A DNA stretch of 28,898 nt from Planctomycetota bacterium. GTDB lineage: Bacteria > Planctomycetota > SZUA-567 > H5-PLA8. The stretch is from NCBI GenBank assembly GCA_045863855.1, contig BTVV01000078.1, positions 1 to 28,898 of the forward strand, written 5' to 3'. Positions 24,254 to 28,898 of the stretch are shown here, piece by piece. A model generated the notes under the pieces. The model had not been told where the DNA came from, made no database searches, and saw nothing but the letters and a program-made list of their open reading frames with translations. Positions within the stretch are counted from its first letter, which is position 1. Each line of letters begins with the position of its first letter. The position numbers and the translations under genes are program-made.

Positions 24254-25206
24254 CTTTCCAGCCGCCTCAGCACTTCGCGCCCTGCTTGACTCCGCTTGAT
24301 CGCATGCGCGCACGCGCGTCCCAGCTTTCGCGCGTCCTGAGCGCTTCCGCGCACGCGCGCGCGCGCCGAACACGATCCATCCGGCAGCGCCAGCACCGCA
24401 TCGAGCGTCAGCTTGCCCGTCTTCCGTTCGATCCGCCCGCAAGCACCCAGCGGCAAATGGCATCCGCCGCCCAGCGCCGCCAGACACGCGCGCTCGGCCG
24501 CCACGCACGCCGCCGAATCCGCGTCGTGCAGTACCGCCAAAAGCCCCCGCGTCGCGCGGTCGTTCGAGCGGCACTCGATTCCCAGCGCGCCTTGCCCCGG
24601 AGCCGGCAGCATCGCGGCCAGCGAAAGCACCTCCGCGTCGCGCTCGCGCCGCCCCAAACGCTTCAGTCCCGCCCGCGCCAAGATCGTCCCCGCGTACGCG
24701 CCGTCGGCGACTTTCTGCAGCCGCGTCTCCACGTTGCCCCGAATCTCGGCGAAACGCAGATGCGGAAACTTGAGCGCCAATTGCGCGCGCCGCCGAGGAG
24801 AGCCGCTCCCGATCACCGCGCCTTCGGGCAATGCGGCCAGTTTCATGCCCCCGCGTGTCACCGCTACGTCGCGCACGTCTTCCCGCGCGCTCACCGCCGC
24901 CAGCGTCAAACCGCGCGGCTGCTTCGTCGGCAGATCCTTCAAGCTGTGCACCGCGAAATCCACCCGCCCGTCCAGCAGCGCCTGTTCCAGTTCCTTGACG
25001 AATACACCCGCTCCACCGAACGTCTTCAACGCCGAGGCGCGGTCGCGGTCGCCGGTGGTCTTCAGCTCGATCAGTTCCACCTTCAGGCCGCGCTTGCGGT
25101 GCGCGCGCTCCAACTGCTTCGCGACCAGGCGCGACTGCGTCAGCGCCAGCGGGCTGGCGCGTGTGCCCAGACGAAGGACCGGCGGCGTGGCGGATGAACG
25201 TGCGAT
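24250..25206 (-). CDS. hemC: Hydroxymethylbilane synthase (porphobilinogen deaminase)
   Basis: LRLGTRASPLALTQS, TTGD, GVFVKELE, AVHSLKDLP, REDVRD, GSGSPRRRAQL, IRGNVETRL, PAPGQGAL, LGGGCHLP (cofactor Cys). The start is placed at a non-canonical ATC at 25206. Confidence 0.93.
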   Translation of the reverse strand: MARSSATPPVLRLGTRASPLALTQSRLVAKQLERAHRKRGLKVELIELKTTGDRDRASALKTFGGAGVFVKELEQALLDGRVDFAVHSLKDLPTKQPRGLTLAAVSAREDVRDVAVTRGGMKLAALPEGAVIGSGSPRRRAQLALKFPHLRFAEIRGNVETRLQKVADGAYAGTILARAGLKRLGRRERDAEVLSLAAMLPAPGQGALGIECRSNDRATRGLLAVLHDADSAACVAAERACLAALGGGCHLPLGACGRIERKTGKLTLDAVLALPDGSCSARARVRGSAQDARKLGRACAHAIKRSQAGREVLRRLES

Positions 25207-25245
25207 GGCGGACTCCTTGCCTGATGCGCGAAGCGGGATCGTGCC

Positions 25246-25273
25246 CTTATAGCCGCAGCGCGCGCGTTGCCAA
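25246..25273 (-). promoter_or_regulatory. Putative sigma70 promoter for hemC
   Basis: On the minus strand: TTGGCA (25273-25268), 16 nt spacer, TATAAG (25251-25246), upstream of the AAGGAG SD (25218-25213). Confidence 0.45.
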
Positions 25274-25291
25274 AAGCAGGAAGCCCGAACG

Positions 25292-26224
25292 CTACGCGTT
25301 CACGAACGCCGCCGCCACGCGGTCCGCCAGCGCTTGCGCCGGCTCGTCCGGCTCCACGTCGATCCAAGTCACCGACGGGAACTTGCGGTACCACATCAAT
25401 TGCCGCCGCGCGAAGTGATGCGTATCGAAGCAGATTCGCTGCCGCGCCTCGTCCAGGCTCAATTCGCCGCGCAAATGCGCGAAGAGCGTCCGGTAGCCCA
25501 ACGCCTGAGCGGCTTCTTTCGACAGCGGCCGCTCCAGCCCCAGCAGCGCGCGGCATTCGTCCAGCCAGCCGCGGGCGAGCATTCCGTCGATCCGAGCGTC
25601 GATGCGGCGGTACAGTTCCGTGCGGTCCATCTGCAATCCCACGACTCGCACGCGAGCGTCCTCGCGCAGCTTGCCCCACTGCGCCTGCTGCCCGCTGATC
25701 GGCTGCCCCGTCAGCGCGTGGACCTCCAGCGCCCGAATTATCCGCCGTTCGTCACCCGGCAGAATTTTCTGCGCCGCCGCCGGATCGATCGTTTTCAGCC
25801 GCGCGTACAGCGCCGCCAAGCCCTCCGCGCGCGCTTCGGCCTCCAACCCCTTACGCAGACCCTCGTCGCGCCCCGGCCCCTCGAAGAGCCCCTCCCGAAG
25901 CGCCTTGATGTACAGCGCCGTCCCGCCCTCGGCGAGCGTGTAGACGCCGCGCGCGCGCGCGTCGGCCCACGCCTCCTCGGCCGCCGCCAGCCACTCCGCC
26001 ACCGAACAGCTCTCCCACGGCTCTTTTAGGTCGATCAGCCGGTGCCGCACCGCCGCGCGTTCGGCCGCGCTCGGCTTCGCGACGCCGATCTCCAGGCGCT
26101 TGTACAGCTTCATCGAATCCACCGAGAGAATCTCGCCGCCTTGCCGGCGCGCGAGTTCCAGGGCCGCGCCGCTTTTCCCGCAGGCGGTCGGGCCGATCAG
26201 CAGATCCAGTTCGGGCGGCTTCAT
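25292..26224 (-). CDS. miaA: tRNA dimethylallyltransferase
   Basis: GPTACGKS, EILSVDSMKLYK.L.IG.AKP, GGTALY, DERRIIRALEV, QALGY, THHFARRQLMW. Start at ATG 26224 or 26236. Confidence 0.95.
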   Translation of the reverse strand: MKPPELDLLIGPTACGKSGAALELARRQGGEILSVDSMKLYKRLEIGVAKPSAAERAAVRHRLIDLKEPWESCSVAEWLAAAEEAWADARARGVYTLAEGGTALYIKALREGLFEGPGRDEGLRKGLEAEARAEGLAALYARLKTIDPAAAQKILPGDERRIIRALEVHALTGQPISGQQAQWGKLREDARVRVVGLQMDRTELYRRIDARIDGMLARGWLDECRALLGLERPLSKEAAQALGYRTLFAHLRGELSLDEARQRICFDTHHFARRQLMWYRKFPSVTWIDVEPDEPAQALADRVAAAFVNA

Positions 26225-26373
26225 GCCGTCCAGCATACCGCGTCTCTCCACGGCTGCCCCGCCCGCGGCCAGCTTCCTTGACCCTTCCGCCGCGGCGGCT
26301 AACGTGCAGCCGTATCCGGTTCGAACCTTGGTCGGAGCCGACGAGGCCCGTTGCGCGCGCAGCTTCCCGTACG

Positions 26374-27873
26374 ATGAACCCTCCCGAACCCAACCGCCCG
26401 CCGCACGACCGCTTTCGGCCCGCACAGGCGCTCGCCTTCGCGCTCGCTTGCGCCGCGTGCCTGATCCTTAACGCCACGCAACCCGAAACATGGCTGAACC
26501 TCGAAGAGTGGGGCGCGTGGCAGAACACCCAGAATGCCGTGCTCTTCCTGGCGCTGGTCTTGATCGTCCGCGCCGCAGTACGGGCGCAATACGAAGCGCG
26601 CGCCGCGTTCGTTTTCGTGCTGGGCTTCATCTTCTTTCTATTCTGGCGCGAGCTGGACCTAGACAAGGAACTCTTCGGCGCGCGGATGTTCAGTTGGACC
26701 TACCTGGAGTGGTCCGAGGATAAGATGTCCTGGCGCGTCAAAGTCCTTTTGGGCGGCCTCTCGATCGGGCTGAGCTTGGGATACCTCGCCTTCGTCCTGC
26801 TGAATCCGAGGCGCATCTTCCGCGGTTTGCGCGATCGCATGCAACCCGCCGTGGTCCTGTGGGGCGGCATCGGAGGCCTCTTCCTCGCCCTCGCGCAGCT
26901 CTGGGACAAGGCCGCGATGATCTACCGACACCTGCACGTCACGATCCGCAGCCCCGAAGATAAAGATCCCTTCGACGAAGAAGCCCTGGAACTGCTCGGC
27001 GAGATCGGGATGCTGCTCTTCGTCCTCGCGCTGGTCCGCACGGTGCCGCGTCCGCCGCGGGAAGCCTGGACCGCGTTCGCGACCTGGTTCGATACGCCGG
27101 CGGGCTTGCGCCTGCGCCGGGCGGTCGGCCTCTTGCTCGGCGCGGCGGGACTGGCCGTCCTCGCCTGGTCTCTATACGCCGTCTTCGACTACCGGCCCGA
27201 ACCCTTCGATTACCGGTTTACGATCGCGGTCGGCAATACCGAACGCGGCTGCGAATACGCATTCCTGGGCCTTACGCGCAACCAGATCGCGCTCCGGGCG
27301 CTCGGCGCCGGGCTGGGCTTGGGCGCCTGCGGGCTCGGCTCGTGGCTCCTCTTAAACCGCGTGCTTCGGCTGCGCGCGCTGGCCGCCATCGCGCTCTTGG
27401 CATTGCCGGGCTTTGCTTTTCCGTTCCTGTGGCTGACCCCCTCCAGCGACCGCAGCGTACAATTCGAGGTGCGCTTGCCGCGGCCGCTCAGCGAGTCCGA
27501 AGCCGAACGTCTCATGCAAGCGTTGGAACCGGTCGCCGCGATGCGCACGCTGCCCGAAGGGTTGCTGAAGCGTTTTCGCTTTCAACCGGGCGACGGCATC
27601 AAGGAATTTCGGTTCGAGCCGGCGGGCGAGCGCTTCCTAGTCGCACTCCTCTTGGCGCCCAAGACCGATACGCGCCGCCGCCTGACGCTTATGGAGTTCT
27701 ACGCCCAATACGCCGAACTTCTCGCCCGCGATCTCGCGCTAAGTCCCGACGCCGCCCAGGAACCGTGGACGCGCTACGGCGCGCCTCCGATCCAAGGCAG
27801 TCTTTGGTCCTACTACGCTCCAATCTGGCTCGAAGCACGCAACGCCGATCGCGCCGCCGGCCGAACGCCATGA
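26374..27873 (+). CDS. Polytopic membrane protein of unknown function
   Basis: About 9 hydrophobic segments, membrane-proximal acidic motifs WRELDLD and DEEALELLGE, and a soluble C-terminal region. Divergent from miaA. Confidence 0.65.
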   Translation: MNPPEPNRPPHDRFRPAQALAFALACAACLILNATQPETWLNLEEWGAWQNTQNAVLFLALVLIVRAAVRAQYEARAAFVFVLGFIFFLFWRELDLDKELFGARMFSWTYLEWSEDKMSWRVKVLLGGLSIGLSLGYLAFVLLNPRRIFRGLRDRMQPAVVLWGGIGGLFLALAQLWDKAAMIYRHLHVTIRSPEDKDPFDEEALELLGEIGMLLFVLALVRTVPRPPREAWTAFATWFDTPAGLRLRRAVGLLLGAAGLAVLAWSLYAVFDYRPEPFDYRFTIAVGNTERGCEYAFLGLTRNQIALRALGAGLGLGACGLGSWLLLNRVLRLRALAAIALLALPGFAFPFLWLTPSSDRSVQFEVRLPRPLSESEAERLMQALEPVAAMRTLPEGLLKRFRFQPGDGIKEFRFEPAGERFLVALLLAPKTDTRRRLTLMEFYAQYAELLARDLALSPDAAQEPWTRYGAPPIQGSLWSYYAPIWLEARNADRAAGRTP

Positions 27874-27892
27874 TCGCCTCTGGATGGGCTGC

Positions 27893-28288
27893 TTAACGCA
27901 GGTCGTACCCGGTCTCGAGCACGGACTTTAGATTGGCCGCCAGAAAGCCCCAGCTCTGCGCGACATGGATGCACGAATCGGTGCTGCAGCGATGCACCAC
28001 TTTCCATTCGGTGCCTTCATCCACCGCCTTCAGATCGAACGCGACGGACTCCGTGTAAAACGCGTAAGCCACGGCCTGGCCTTCGACGAACGTATCGAAC
28101 TTCGTGGTCAGCTTGTTCTCGCCGAACCAGACCAACACCAGCTTGCCGCCCGCCTTCGGTTCCGACTCCGCCGCCATGGGCCACCACTTCGCCAGTTCGG
28201 AGCCTACGGTCAGGAATCTGAAAACACGCTCTGCGGGAGCTTTGATAAAGCGAGTTTCTTCTATCACCACTGGATTGCGATCTTCCAT
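27893..28288 (-). CDS. SRPBCC/AHSA1 (START-like) domain protein
   Basis: IKAPAERVFRFLT...LAKWW, PKAGGKL, GTEWKVVH, WGFLAANLKSVLETG. AGGAG precedes ATG 28288. Confidence 0.85.
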   Translation of the reverse strand: MEDRNPVVIEETRFIKAPAERVFRFLTVGSELAKWWPMAAESEPKAGGKLVLVWFGENKLTTKFDTFVEGQAVAYAFYTESVAFDLKAVDEGTEWKVVHRCSTDSCIHVAQSWGFLAANLKSVLETGYDLR

Positions 28289-28312
28289 CGTCAACTCCTG
28301 CTCGGTTCCTCC

Positions 28313-28897
28313 CTACCCTTCCGAGTGCAACGTCCCTTCGTTCAAGACCTCGCGCTCGCCTTCCAGCAATTCGAACCAATACACGCTCTTGCGCCACTTC
28401 GGCGCCGCACCGGCCGGCACCCTCACCCGCCCCACCCAGCGCCCGTGCTTGCGCACGCGCAACACCTGCCCCTCTTCCCATGCCGCGCGCTCGTACATCC
28501 GCACCTGGATTTGCGTCCCCGCCCCCGCCCGCTCGGCTTCGCCCAGCGCCGGCGGAATATCCTCGGCCGGACGCCGCGCCGCAGGCGCGGCCGGCGCCTC
28601 CGCGCCCGGCTGCGCTTGAGCCCGTTGGCGTGCTTCCTCCGCCGCTTGCGCCTGCTCTTCGCGCCGCCGCTCCCGCTCCGCCGCGATCAACTTCTCCAGC
28701 CGCACGCTTTCGCGCCGCGCCACCGCGTACACATCGGGATCTTGCGCCTCCGGAAACGGGACCACCGCCCACTCCGCCTCCGCCCCTTCTCCCGCGCTCG
28801 CCACGCGCAGGCCCAGCGCCGTCGGCTCCGCGATCTGCTTCGCAAAGACCGCCACCCGCGCGAGGCTCGCCCCGCCTGCTAGTTCCGCCGGCCACGC
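28313..28897 (-). CDS. Hypothetical protein, 5' part outside the window
   Basis: The frame is open from the window end to TAG at 28313-28315. It has a charged helical segment and a beta-rich C-terminus, and is co-oriented with the SRPBCC gene. Confidence 0.55.
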   Translation of the reverse strand, partial: AWPAELAGGASLARVAVFAKQIAEPTALGLRVASAGEGAEAEWAVVPFPEAQDPDVYAVARRESVRLEKLIAAERERRREEQAQAAEEARQRAQAQPGAEAPAAPAARRPAEDIPPALGEAERAGAGTQIQVRMYERAAWEEGQVLRVRKHGRWVGRVRVPAGAAPKWRKSVYWFELLEGEREVLNEGTLHSEG

Positions 28898-28898
28898 C

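Noticed and set aside
25113..25206. hemC as an N-terminally truncated pseudogene
   Set aside because: The conserved N-terminal motif is present in frame with an SD and a promoter-like element, and all catalytic motifs are intact.
1..28898. Mobile elements, prophage, defence systems, tRNA or rRNA
   Set aside because: I saw no transposase, integrase, nuclease or phage motifs, no terminal repeats, no cloverleaf or rRNA-like stretch, and no large compositional shift.

Overview
This is a GC-rich bacterial chromosomal segment from a diderm organism, since it encodes an outer-membrane beta-barrel. A PVC/Planctomycetota-like origin is my impression only. It holds about 26 tightly packed genes, and I found no rRNA, tRNA, CRISPR array or mobile element. 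In order: the 3' end of a poly-Pro PilP/GspC-like gene; an EboC-like UbiA prenyltransferase; a DUF368 polyprenyl-phosphate translocase; and a GDP-sugar SDR whose catalytic Tyr is replaced by Phe. Next is a ~12 kb minus-strand block with ridA and two Opp/Dpp-type SBP-permease-permease sets followed by one ATPase pair. Then come a secreted protein with three repeated domains, a triple-BON protein, an outer-membrane beta-barrel, a stand-alone B3/4 protein, a Cof HAD hydrolase, a membrane-anchored Cys-phosphatase, an MGDG/UgtP glycosyltransferase, an alpha/beta hydrolase, hemC, miaA, a polytopic membrane protein, an SRPBCC protein and a partial hypothetical gene. The most notable feature is the second peptide ABC module, in which the binding protein and both permeases all carry large inserted domains. 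By eye these are tandem alpha/beta domains in the binding protein, a circularly permuted Cys-less DsbD-N-like Ig domain in permease B, and extra TM helices plus SHOCT-like and OB-like modules in permease C. hemC appears to start at a non-canonical ATC, and several genes look leaderless. All family and fold calls come from motif recognition, not database searches.
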